Shown here: piece by piece, positions 51,826-61,486 of the stretch
Layout of the letters: each line of letters begins with the position of its first letter
Numbering within the stretch: position 1 is the stretch's first letter
NCBI GenBank assembly: GCA_963676395.1
Contig: OY781066.1
Location: 1,536,001-1,600,000, forward strand
Direction: 5' to 3'
Length of the DNA: 64,000 bases
Source: a bacterium
GTDB lineage: Bacteria; Fidelibacterota; Fidelibacteria; Fidelibacterales; Fidelibacteraceae
The notes under the pieces: model-generated
What the model was told of the DNA's origin: nothing
Database searches by the model: none
What the model saw: the letters and a program-made list of their open reading frames with translations, nothing else
Program-made: the position numbers and the translations under genes

Positions 51826-51898
51826 AATATAAGATGGATAGGACTGTATTTCAAGAATAATTAAGAATAAATTAAGGAGTTCTTAAGGAATACTTAAA
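51826..51898 (-). promoter_or_regulatory. Promoter with upstream 11-bp-periodic direct repeats (OmpR/PhoB-type operator)
   Basis: Minus strand TTGAAA(51854-51849)-N17-TATATT(51831-51826). On the plus strand, TTAAG at 51861, 51872 and 51883, and TTAAA at 51894. Confidence 0.6.
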
Positions 51899-52191
51899 TT
51901 GTTTATTGTAGGTTAATATGTTATTTTGTGTTCTGATTTTTTCAATATTAAATGAACATAATTTTATGATATCTTTGTAAGTTATTCTTGATAATATTTA
52001 CTATGGTAAAACAGTCGATGCGTGAAAGCTAAAGAGTTAAAATAGGTCAACTCTAGCATTCTCAATGATTAATATCTTGACATCAATTATTCATTGAATT
52101 AAACTATAAATAGTATAGAATTAATAATAAGAATTTGGTATTATTGCGTTGAAATCTGTTATATTGTGTCTGAAAGGGAAAGAAGAAAATA

Positions 52192-52446
52192 ATGGATCCC
52201 ATTAATCTGCTTATTGCAGCTGTATCTATTTTTACTATTGGTACGATGATCACTTTTGTTCATTGTGTTTTTAGAGCCGAAAGAAAAATAAATTTCCTGC
52301 ATTTTATATTTAATATTAGCCAGTATTTTCAAAAACATAAACAAATATTACATGCTAAAGGCAAGAAAGCTTTGATACCTAAATTTTGGTATATTATTTC
52401 CTGGATATCTTTGTCTGTTTTTGTATTTGCCGTGATGGCGGTATAA
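52192..52446 (+). CDS. Small hypothetical membrane protein
   Basis: 84 aa, two hydrophobic helices, purine-rich RBS. Confidence 0.55.
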   Translation: MDPINLLIAAVSIFTIGTMITFVHCVFRAERKINFLHFIFNISQYFQKHKQILHAKGKKALIPKFWYIISWISLSVFVFAVMAV

Positions 52447-52626
52447 CAAAGTATTGCGCCTGTACCTTGAATAATTATTTTTTATGATTTTTAAAGAAGC
52501 ATAATATTCCGGATATTGAGGCTTAGAGATAAGGGCAAGAAATTACTTAACGACACATAAAATATGTTTATAATAGCGATTTATATCACATTTTTAAACG
52601 GTGATGCGGGCTTAATTAAAATTTGT

Positions 52627-53619
52627 TTACATCAATACCACTGCTAAACCCACAAAGTAAAAATCATCGATATTTCGTAGTTGGCCGTGGGGGTTGATAC
52701 CGTGGTAGAGTCTTAAATAAGCACCGACTTTCCGTTGGCTTTTACTTTGATATTCCCAGCCGAAATAGGCATTTATATTCCAACGGCGAGCTTCGGGATC
52801 ATTCGCAAAGTAACCATATTTTACACGGTTTCTAAGCTCAATGGCATTGATTTGATGAAATAATTCGCTGGCACCTAATCCTTGAGTTCTACGCCAATTG
52901 ACTTGTAGCCAATACGAGAAGACATCCTTGCCGGGTAGCAAATCTTGTCCCTGCGTTTCGAGAAGATTATATTGGTAATAACCATCTTTAGCAAACCAAA
53001 CACGTTGTATGCCAATCCTTGCAGATAGCAGATTTCCTTTTAGCGTGTCGGGATCATTGATGGTCAATGCGACTTTCCAGGCTTCGTAGGAGACATTAAC
53101 TCGATAAAAATCCGGGTTAAGATTTATGCCTTCCATGACGAATTCATCCCCCAAATGTGTGCTTTCATGATACATTGGAACAATAATAAGCCCGAGATTC
53201 CTGATGCCTAAGCTTTCTATAGAAGGATGATAAATAACAGACCTGAGTTCCGAACCCAGCCAATAATCCGTGTTGATCACCATTCTTGTTGTGGGTTCAA
53301 GACTATCTAAAATAATATTAAAGGATCCTGTTATTAGTAACGTACTTTTTATGTGACCTTTTTGTAATTTTTTATAATATGACAAGAAGGGGATGTCAGT
53401 ACCGACACGACCCTCGGATACGGGACGTTTGTGATAGTCGGGTTTATGGTATAATTCCCCAAGGTCATTGATAAAGCCTTCTTCAAATTTGATCACAGAT
53501 GAATACATGTCAGATACAAAAGGTTTTCCAAAACGTTCCGGTGTGAAGAACTTATACTCGACGGCAAACAGTGAGCCGGCTAGAAGTATAAGCATGCAGA
53601 TTTTATAAAGCTTTTTCAT
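52627..53619 (-). CDS. DUF1207-like outer-membrane beta-barrel protein
   Basis: Signal peptide; INTDY, YHESTHLGDEF, RVNVSYE, YHGINPHGQ; amphipathic strands. Confidence 0.6.
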   Translation of the reverse strand: MKKLYKICMLILLAGSLFAVEYKFFTPERFGKPFVSDMYSSVIKFEEGFINDLGELYHKPDYHKRPVSEGRVGTDIPFLSYYKKLQKGHIKSTLLITGSFNIILDSLEPTTRMVINTDYWLGSELRSVIYHPSIESLGIRNLGLIIVPMYHESTHLGDEFVMEGINLNPDFYRVNVSYEAWKVALTINDPDTLKGNLLSARIGIQRVWFAKDGYYQYNLLETQGQDLLPGKDVFSYWLQVNWRRTQGLGASELFHQINAIELRNRVKYGYFANDPEARRWNINAYFGWEYQSKSQRKVGAYLRLYHGINPHGQLRNIDDFYFVGLAVVLM

Positions 53620-54247
53620 GAGTTTTTCTTTTTTTATTGTGATTGATCGTGATGAAGATCAGTCCAAGACAGGAAAATGTGATAAGGATCAATAGAATAA
53701 TGAGTAAATAAGTACCAATCCCCAATGTTTTATAATTTAAAAAGAAATAGCGACTCCGGTAGAAAAAATTCAGTTCAATGATTGAAAAGAAATAATAAAT
53801 AAGGGGATAAATAAGCCAGGAAAAAGCATATTTCCAGCGGTAAACTCCTGTTTGAACACTACGAAGAGTATCAATGGTGAGTAAAACTGCGGTGAGACCA
53901 TGATTAACATACAGTACGATCTTGTTTAAACCTTGTGCTTCGACGCGATTTGTCAGGAGCGCAAGAAAAACCAGTGATGTGGTCATGATATACAGTAATA
54001 CCGCACCGCGAAACCATGGATGAACACCATTGTCACCTTTGCCTTTGAGTTGTGTGATAATGAGCCAAAAAAATAACAAACAGGCCATGATCCCGGATTG
54101 AACAGTGTAATAGCCCAACATATCTAAGGCAGGGTTTATCGTGCTGTCACCAAGCGGATGGGCAAAACGATATGTTATGCCAAAAAGGGCAATTGACAGT
54201 GAGATGATCCTGAAAATCAGAAGTTTTATATTGAGTTTAGATCTCAT
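53603..54247 (-). CDS. Pr6Pr / FAR-17a-AIG1-like membrane protein
   Basis: GYYTVQS, RGAVLLY, VNH, WLIYPLIY, YFFLN. Confidence 0.75.
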   Translation of the reverse strand: MRSKLNIKLLIFRIISLSIALFGITYRFAHPLGDSTINPALDMLGYYTVQSGIMACLLFFWLIITQLKGKGDNGVHPWFRGAVLLYIMTTSLVFLALLTNRVEAQGLNKIVLYVNHGLTAVLLTIDTLRSVQTGVYRWKYAFSWLIYPLIYYFFSIIELNFFYRSRYFFLNYKTLGIGTYLLIILLILITFSCLGLIFITINHNKKRKTHEKAL

Positions 54248-54884
54248 CTTCTGGTTCAATGGTATCTTTTGTTCGATTAATAAAAATTATCAACAAGGAT
54301 AAGGCAATAAATACAAGCCCCAAAAGAATAATGGCAATGGGGTAAAGTCTAACATTTTGTTCATTTATGGCAATAAAACGATATCGATCAAAATACAGAG
54401 TATAGGATTCGACAATGATAAAGATAAGATAATAAAAGGGGAATATCATCCAATATAGTAATAGATCATATTTATATGTGTTTTGGGGGATGCTTATATA
54501 ATTATCTGCCAACAGAAAGATTGGAAAAGAAATATGAGCAAAATAATAAATAACTTTTTGCAAACCGTAAATATCAAAATCTTGATGAAAAAACACAACG
54601 AATACCAAGGCTGAAACTCCGGAGTAAACCAGAGTAGCCCCTCTGAAATTATTGTTGGGTGCCCATTTGGGATTTCCGCTTAACTGGGCGATACTTAAGA
54701 AAAGGAAAATGATCGTAGTCATAAGCATTGATACGACAGAAAAATATCCCAATATCTTGAGTATATTAATATAATTCAGTTCATATAAGGGATTTATGAA
54801 CAGAATATATATCATGCAAAATATAGTAATCAAAGATACTATGATACGATAAGTAAGAATTTTCTTTTCTAGTTCCTTTGTCAT
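54237..54884 (-). CDS. Pr6Pr-like membrane protein (tandem paralog)
   Basis: GYFSVVS, FRGATLVY, FAHISFP, WMIFPFYY; colinear with its neighbour. Confidence 0.7.
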   Translation of the reverse strand: MTKELEKKILTYRIIVSLITIFCMIYILFINPLYELNYINILKILGYFSVVSMLMTTIIFLFLSIAQLSGNPKWAPNNNFRGATLVYSGVSALVFVVFFHQDFDIYGLQKVIYYFAHISFPIFLLADNYISIPQNTYKYDLLLYWMIFPFYYLIFIIVESYTLYFDRYRFIAINEQNVRLYPIAIILLGLVFIALSLLIIFINRTKDTIEPEDEI

Positions 54885-55038
54885 AGTCTAAAATAGAAAT
54901 GTTTTGTAGAGGAACAAAGCATAAAGTGACCTATGGAAAACATTTGAGTGATCGAATAAGGGAATGATTGAATGGCGAATATTGATAAAGGACACAGAAC
55001 GGTGTTTTATAATTTGGATTTGAGAATTGAGAGGATAT

Positions 55039-55065
55039 AAAAAAGGGCGACTAAAGAGCCGCCCG
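55039..55065 (-). terminator. Intrinsic terminator ending the 5'-nucleotidase operon
   Basis: Minus strand GGGCGGCT-CTTT-AGTCGCCC followed by T6. Confidence 0.85.
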
Positions 55066-55085
55066 TAAATTATCTGAGATAATGA

Positions 55086-56720
55086 TTATTTAATAATTGT
55101 CCATCGTTGATCAATTTGGGTTGTTGGCCCAAACTCCAGGATATAGTCACGCAATGCTTCGCGCATCATGCGTCCGGTATTAATTCGTTTCTCAACCGGG
55201 ATAGTCGTTAAGCGATCATAGCCCGAGTTTCCTTCGGCAAGATAATCGGATACGGCGATCTTGTAAATGGCTTTTGGATCAAATTCTTTACCTTGTATCT
55301 TTTTAATGGTAGCGCGTTCACGGTCGGGATTGCGTTTATCAATAACAACCTCAATACCTGAAGCAAGCATGCCGCGAGAATTACCCTTTACGCGATCTTC
55401 GATTAGCTCGTCCAGTTCGGCACCTGTCATTTGAAATACAACAATGCGGTTTCCAAAAGGCAAGAATCGGAAAAGAGCCTCGTAGGTTAAAGGACCGGCT
55501 TCAAGGTCGGAACGCAGTCCACCGTAATTGGAGAAAGCCACATCGGCATCTCCGGCCCAGGCAACTGCATCACAAAGCAGGTTACCCAAAATTGATTGAC
55601 CTTCGTTTGCGCGACGCAGAGGTGAGGGCAAGACGGTCAAAACTTGGTCAAAGCCTTCTTCGGCAACAGCTTTGCGGGCTTCGATCATGGCATCTACATC
55701 TTCATCGATCCAGAATTCATCTTCCAGTAGTGTAACAAAGGAAGATCCATCCACCTCAAAATCATAACCGGCGAGGGTTTTAGTTTTTTTATGGATGTAA
55801 AAATTCACCATACCCAAGTTTGTTCCGTTACCGTAGTTCTGAAAGATCAGAGTATGGTTAATGGGATCTTCGTAGGGTTCGGTAAAACCTTTGTGAACGT
55901 GGCCTGTGAACATGACATCGATACCGGGAACCGATACGGCAATTTCCATAGCGGGAGCACCCATTTTGTTTTCATCCGGCCATTCGCCACGCAGGAGCTC
56001 TTCATGAAGTTTTGCGGCTTCTTCATCGCGATTGTAAGGAGTCCAGGAGTGCGTAGATAAAATAATTACATCCGCACCTTCTTCCTTCATAATGGGAATC
56101 CATTTCTTGGCTGTTGTGATCTCGGGTAAAAAGGTAATACCTTCCAAGTGCTCCGGAAAGCTCATAGCCGGTGTTACGGAAGTACCGATACCCAAAATAC
56201 CCACTTTTATACCGTAGATATCTTTAATGATATACGGTTTTAAAAAATCGGCAATTTCACCGGTCTCGGAATTGACGATATTGGCACCAAGGAAAGGAAA
56301 ATTTGCTTCCTTAGCACGTTTGCGTAGTTCCGTGTGACTCTTGTCAAAGTCGTGATTTCCGGCTGTTAAAAGGTCGTATCCAATCGCATTCATGAATTCC
56401 ACAACCGCAGCGCCTGCAGTTTTTGAACCGACGGGTGTTCCTGAAAAGAAATCACCTTCATCGATAAGCAGCGTGCCAAAACCTTCGGCTTCCGCTTGAG
56501 CACGAATGGTTTTTACAATGCGTGCAATCGCTGGAGCTGACCCGATCTTTGGCGGAAACTGTGGATTCATAAAGGTTGCTTCGGTGCGGGGAATACCACC
56601 ATGCACATCATTGGTGAACATCACCATAATGCGCTGGTACTCAGAGGCAGGGTATTTTTCCGCAAAGAGCGCGCCGATCAGCAGAGTGAAAACGACGATC
56701 TTCTTTATTGTATTCAGCAT
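55086..56720 (-). CDS. Exported bifunctional metallophosphatase / 5'-nucleotidase (UshA-like)
   Basis: Signal peptide; TNDVHG, DEGD, GNHDFD, GHVH; C-terminal domain with NYGGLR, LPFGN, DYLAEG..GY. Confidence 0.93.
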   Translation of the reverse strand: MLNTIKKIVVFTLLIGALFAEKYPASEYQRIMVMFTNDVHGGIPRTEATFMNPQFPPKIGSAPAIARIVKTIRAQAEAEGFGTLLIDEGDFFSGTPVGSKTAGAAVVEFMNAIGYDLLTAGNHDFDKSHTELRKRAKEANFPFLGANIVNSETGEIADFLKPYIIKDIYGIKVGILGIGTSVTPAMSFPEHLEGITFLPEITTAKKWIPIMKEEGADVIILSTHSWTPYNRDEEAAKLHEELLRGEWPDENKMGAPAMEIAVSVPGIDVMFTGHVHKGFTEPYEDPINHTLIFQNYGNGTNLGMVNFYIHKKTKTLAGYDFEVDGSSFVTLLEDEFWIDEDVDAMIEARKAVAEEGFDQVLTVLPSPLRRANEGQSILGNLLCDAVAWAGDADVAFSNYGGLRSDLEAGPLTYEALFRFLPFGNRIVVFQMTGAELDELIEDRVKGNSRGMLASGIEVVIDKRNPDRERATIKKIQGKEFDPKAIYKIAVSDYLAEGNSGYDRLTTIPVEKRINTGRMMREALRDYILEFGPTTQIDQRWTIIK

Positions 56721-56759
56721 AATGTGCCTTTTACTTTTTCGTTATAACATTCTTCTTTA

Positions 56760-58088
56760 TCAGAAGCTGTACGATAATGAAACATTCGCCCTTAAACCTT
56801 GTTCCTTGACTTTGTCAAGCGAGGTTCTAACTTCTCCTTCAACAGGGAAAAGATCTTTGTAATAGTACATGTTCTGATAAATAGCCAGGCCTAGATCCAG
56901 TGTTAAGTTATCATTGGACCAGCCTGAACCCAAGTTAATGGTCATGCGGTTCATGTCATTGTGCATGGGGTTTTCTTCATATGAAAATCCGAAACGAAGA
57001 GGAACACCGGTAAAGAATTCATGTTCAACACCGGCACGAAGTGCCCATGATGCCGAGAATTCAGGAGAATACAGGTTCACAAGTGAGTCTGCAGAATCAA
57101 AGTAACCGATGGCGTATGATTTCCAGTCGGTAATATCAAATTGTGCGAACAGAACCGTACGTAATTCGTTTTCGGGAATATATTTAACAGAGAATGAATA
57201 TACATTGGGACGATCAATGATCACATCATAAGAAGTGTCGGCAGAAACATTGTAGGCGGGAAGCATAAGTGAGCTATCCATACCGGCAACGAGATTTGAA
57301 CCTTCCAATGTATAAATACCGGCCAGGTTGGCGTGAAGACCCAATTGAAGTCTATCGTTTACCTGTGCGCTAATACCTAAGTTAATATTCGTACCATCAC
57401 CATTCATGGGATTGACTGTTACAAAGGTAGTATCCTTTGATGAAAGCTTAGGATCGTTCATAATGGGAACAACACCAAAAGCCTCTGTCAGTCCGGCTGA
57501 AAAATAATGTGTATAACCGTAACCTATAGCCAAGCGTTTGCCGATATCATGTGCTATGGCTACATTGAATCCATGGTTGATACCTGAGATATCAATGAGG
57601 TGCAAACCGGCCAAAGGATCACGGTTGTAGGCGCCGCTTCCCAAGTCACTGCGAATTTCTTCACGATACTGATAATTAAAGTTTTCCAGCGTATACCAGC
57701 CGGCCGTTAATGAGAAACCTTTTTGTGAGTAATACATGGCAAGGTCGCCTTCAAAGCGTTGAAAACGGTTTGAGACATAGTCATTTTCGGCAAGGTAATC
57801 GCCGAAGCTATCCTGAACGGGGAAAGAACGGCGTTCGATAAATGACTCTGTATTCAAATTAGCATAGATGCCAAAAGCATCATCTTTAGAATAGAGAGTC
57901 GCCGGGTTGTTTAAACCTGCTACGGGGTGCAACCCCAAAGCAAGTGCATTACCACCAACTGCCAATGAACGAGCGGATTGTTTGTTAAAGTTCTCCATAC
58001 CCATATATTTAAAATAGGCCTGGCCGAACGCGAATCCCACGCTTAGACAGATGATCAATAATAATGTTAAAAGGTGTTTGCGAGTCAT
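56760..58088 (-). CDS. Outer-membrane beta-barrel (FadL/PorV-like)
   Basis: Signal peptide; plug motif SARSLAVGG...NNPATL; amphipathic strands; C-terminal SYSF. Confidence 0.75.
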   Translation of the reverse strand: MTRKHLLTLLLIICLSVGFAFGQAYFKYMGMENFNKQSARSLAVGGNALALGLHPVAGLNNPATLYSKDDAFGIYANLNTESFIERRSFPVQDSFGDYLAENDYVSNRFQRFEGDLAMYYSQKGFSLTAGWYTLENFNYQYREEIRSDLGSGAYNRDPLAGLHLIDISGINHGFNVAIAHDIGKRLAIGYGYTHYFSAGLTEAFGVVPIMNDPKLSSKDTTFVTVNPMNGDGTNINLGISAQVNDRLQLGLHANLAGIYTLEGSNLVAGMDSSLMLPAYNVSADTSYDVIIDRPNVYSFSVKYIPENELRTVLFAQFDITDWKSYAIGYFDSADSLVNLYSPEFSASWALRAGVEHEFFTGVPLRFGFSYEENPMHNDMNRMTINLGSGWSNDNLTLDLGLAIYQNMYYYKDLFPVEGEVRTSLDKVKEQGLRANVSLSYSF

Positions 58089-58108
58089 ACTCTTTTCCTT
58101 TTTATAAT

Positions 58109-60568
58109 TTAAAAGCGGTAATCCAGTTGGAGCCTGAAATCATTCTTGCTCATATTATAATTAAAGTTGCTCAACTGGAGCTGCGAACCGTCATCCAGTT
58201 CTATATAAGCTTCAACGATATTATCCTGTGTGAGACGGGTATCCACGGTGTACTTGAAGCGTAGGGACAGGTTGTCTGTAATACGTGAGTACAAGGTGAT
58301 CCAACCACGGAAAGCATCTACGGGAGAATCGGTCACGCGGAAATCCGTATCCTCAAAGTTCCAGATAAAGCCATTGTAGACCATGGCGGAGCCAATGATC
58401 TTCAGGCGATCGTTAAAGTTATGTGTAAATCCCATGCGGATACCTTTTGACGGGGATCCTGCATTTCCAACAAAGGAGCTGCCACCACTGGTGGTATAAA
58501 CCAACCGGGCTCTCGGTGAGAATTCCGTGTAACCGTAGATCAAGTCAAAATGCAACTTGTTAAAACGTGACAAACGGAATTCGTTGGTTAGGATAGTCTC
58601 GTAAGAGCGGTATACATTTGATGTAAAGAAGTTTTCACCGTAACGGCTTTGCCATTTTTGACGTAGTCGCACACGATAGTTGAATACCGGACGGTATTCC
58701 ATTCTTGCTACCAAACGATTGTATTTTGCACGGTCTGCAGCGCGCTCCCAGATATCGTGTTCAACGGTCGCTATTAGCGAGCGAGAAAGCTGATAACGGA
58801 AGGAATAATATAAACCTTCTTCGGATTGCGGTTGCGAAGATCCCGAATAGAGGAAGCCGTAAGCATCATCATTCAGGTAGTAAATATCTTCGTAGATCGT
58901 GGTTTTATAACGGGCATAGTTCGAAAATGAGCGCTGGTAGGGATTATCGAAGGCTAGATCATAATTCCTGTATAGCGCAAGAAAGTTTAAGTTCTCGAAT
59001 TGCCAGTACATATTCACGGTCCATGCAAAAGCATCTTCGGAGATATTGAATATCTTGCCGTCTTTATCAAGAATACCCAGTTCTCCCTGAAATACAACAT
59101 TCTTAAGAGAATAGGAAAAATCCATTCCCATCACACGGCGATAGGCTTTGGCTTTGCTCCACAAACCGGATCGAGCGTTCGATTCGTAGGTGGCTGCAAT
59201 TTCGGCATCTGCCGAGTTTCCTATTTGGTTGAGGTATTTTGACATGTTTGCGATAATGACCTCGGGTTGGAAATCCAACTGACGGTCATAAAGACTTTCG
59301 TAGAAAGTAAAGCCCAGGTGACCATTGGGGATAGGCTTAATACGAATGTTAGAACCGTAAAGCAGTTCGTGAACATTGTTCATAAGTCCCAATGACACAT
59401 TGCCGCCCAAACCATTGTCCAATCTCGGTTCCATACGAATGAAGGTCGAGAATGAAGAGTCAGGATTCAGGATAGCATCACGGGTATTGTATCCAACGAA
59501 AGGTGTAATAAACAAAGGACCTGCCTGATATTCAAAGGTAAAACCGTTTTGTGAGTAGGCACGGGCACGAGAGGCATCACCGTTAATACCGATAAGTCGC
59601 TTACGCCAGCCGTAACCGGATTTTCGCGGTGCGAAATAATCCACGGTTTCCATTACCACACCTTGTCCGAAAGATGCAATGTAGTTACCGGCAATAATCT
59701 TATTGATCTTGCCGAACTTGCCTAAATCAATATTACGTGCGGAAACATAAGCTTTTACCTGTGGAATTTTCGAGCTGTCTCCAAAGGTGGGAATGTTTTC
59801 GCTAAGCGATTGAGTATAAGCAAGCCCTAGTGAGTATTTTTGACCATAATTCAAGTGGAACTTATAATATTGATCCAAAGGATACTTATCGTAAACCGTT
59901 TGATCCAGAAGTGATCCACCGTCATCAGGTGTTATCTGAGCGGCAAAGTCTTTAATGGTAGCTGTTGCGTAACCGTTAAATTTTTCTTTATCGTCAGACG
60001 AGTATTTTACGTAATCGGATATATTTCTGTATCCGTAATATGAAATGCCGTTTAGTCCGCGCAGGTCACGGGAGGTTTTGATCTCGTTTCCATCTTTGAT
60101 ATGTTTCATCACGGCTGCAGCATCAATAGGAGAAACTGCAGGGAGGTTAACAAGATCGAAATAGTGCATCCCGTTCACATCCCGGGGATTTGTAAAAAGA
60201 TCAATCCAGGATTCGACCAGGCCTTCGGAGGCTCCTTCATCATTCATCATATTCTCAAGCTTATAGTATCGATCTTCTATCTTGCTTGAGGTTTCGTCGA
60301 TATTAATTTTAGGGAAGATGGCGACTTCTTGTTTTAAGACAAGAAATTCTTCATAGCTGATCCCTTTGATATCTTTGATCTGATAAATGGATGTAAATTC
60401 ACCATGGTAAAGGAGATATTCTTCCAAAAGAAGAATGGTATTCTCCGATACCGGGAGATCTTTCAGAGCATCCGCGGAGGCATTGTTGATGTCAAGCTTT
60501 GCTGTTGCCGACAGCATTGCGGGCAGCAGAAAAGCGATCAAACATAATATGTGAAAAGTTTTTTTCAT
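58109..60568 (-). CDS. Outer-membrane barrel protein with N-terminal ComEA-type helix-hairpin-helix domains
   Basis: Signal peptide; LDINNASADALKDLP..GEFTSIYQIKDIKGI and DVN..DLVNLPAV..DLRGLNGI; GNYIASFGQGVV; C-terminal QLDYRF. Confidence 0.8.
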   Translation of the reverse strand: MKKTFHILCLIAFLLPAMLSATAKLDINNASADALKDLPVSENTILLLEEYLLYHGEFTSIYQIKDIKGISYEEFLVLKQEVAIFPKINIDETSSKIEDRYYKLENMMNDEGASEGLVESWIDLFTNPRDVNGMHYFDLVNLPAVSPIDAAAVMKHIKDGNEIKTSRDLRGLNGISYYGYRNISDYVKYSSDDKEKFNGYATATIKDFAAQITPDDGGSLLDQTVYDKYPLDQYYKFHLNYGQKYSLGLAYTQSLSENIPTFGDSSKIPQVKAYVSARNIDLGKFGKINKIIAGNYIASFGQGVVMETVDYFAPRKSGYGWRKRLIGINGDASRARAYSQNGFTFEYQAGPLFITPFVGYNTRDAILNPDSSFSTFIRMEPRLDNGLGGNVSLGLMNNVHELLYGSNIRIKPIPNGHLGFTFYESLYDRQLDFQPEVIIANMSKYLNQIGNSADAEIAATYESNARSGLWSKAKAYRRVMGMDFSYSLKNVVFQGELGILDKDGKIFNISEDAFAWTVNMYWQFENLNFLALYRNYDLAFDNPYQRSFSNYARYKTTIYEDIYYLNDDAYGFLYSGSSQPQSEEGLYYSFRYQLSRSLIATVEHDIWERAADRAKYNRLVARMEYRPVFNYRVRLRQKWQSRYGENFFTSNVYRSYETILTNEFRLSRFNKLHFDLIYGYTEFSPRARLVYTTSGGSSFVGNAGSPSKGIRMGFTHNFNDRLKIIGSAMVYNGFIWNFEDTDFRVTDSPVDAFRGWITLYSRITDNLSLRFKYTVDTRLTQDNIVEAYIELDDGSQLQLSNFNYNMSKNDFRLQLDYRF

Positions 60569-60583
60569 GCGTTTGCCAATGCT

Positions 60584-61486
60584 TTATGGTTTGTAGATCT
60601 CCACTGTGAAAAAGTGCGTTCCGTTCAGTACCGGGTGGCTGACGTAGGCATAATCTATTCTAAAAATAGATTGTTTTACACCAAAGCCAAAGGTCAACTG
60701 TGAGGGATAAGTAGATACGCCGGCACGAACGTTGAACCATTCGCTGATGGCATAATCCAGTCCCATACGGTACTGAGCATCAAGTCCCTGGACTTTTTCC
60801 ACTTCAAAGGAGGTGGTTAATCCATAGTAGGGCATGTAACCCAAGCCGGCCACGAATTTACGAGGCGCCATGGCTTCGGTTTCCGAAGAACCCAATTTGG
60901 GAGCATTGATGTTTTTAATGGCAATGCCCATCCAGGCACGATCTCTTAATGACGCTTGCAGACCCAAGTCAACACCAAGACCGGCAACCGAACCGAGGTC
61001 GATACCATCGGAGCCGTCACCGCTTTGTCCGGCAGATTGTCCGTAATCCACTAGCAGCAAGTTAAGAGAATAACCGGCGCTGAAAGATGAGCGCAGATCT
61101 TTGATAAGATGGAAAGCATGGGTTACACCCACGGCGTTTTCCGAGCTGAGAATGTTGTCACCGTTTTTGGTGCGAAGCATATCTCCGTGCAGGGAAACAC
61201 TTCCATATTTTTCGTTGATCGGAAGCGTTGCGGTGAACATGGCAAGTGAAGCAAAGCCATATGAACCCGGGTTGGTATAGGCAAAACCACCGCCGATATT
61301 ATCAACGAATGCCAAGCCGGCCGGGTTGTATGAATGTGCCCACATACTCTGGTTCACAGCCACCTGAGCACCACCGCTTGCCGCACCCGCAGCCGCTCCG
61401 GGCCATGAGTCGGTAAACACTTGTGCTGAAAGGCTGGCGATCAACATAATAGATATAAGTAATCGTTTCATAAGCATGTATCTCAT
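60584..61486 (-). CDS. PorV/PorP-SprF-like outer-membrane barrel (T9SS cargo-adaptor-like)
   Basis: About 300 aa with signal peptide; YNPAGLA, DLGLQ, KNINAP, DYAYVSHPVLNGTH; start overlaps the upstream stop (TAATG). Confidence 0.72.
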   Translation of the reverse strand: MRYMLMKRLLISIMLIASLSAQVFTDSWPGAAAGAASGGAQVAVNQSMWAHSYNPAGLAFVDNIGGGFAYTNPGSYGFASLAMFTATLPINEKYGSVSLHGDMLRTKNGDNILSSENAVGVTHAFHLIKDLRSSFSAGYSLNLLLVDYGQSAGQSGDGSDGIDLGSVAGLGVDLGLQASLRDRAWMGIAIKNINAPKLGSSETEAMAPRKFVAGLGYMPYYGLTTSFEVEKVQGLDAQYRMGLDYAISEWFNVRAGVSTYPSQLTFGFGVKQSIFRIDYAYVSHPVLNGTHFFTVEIYKP

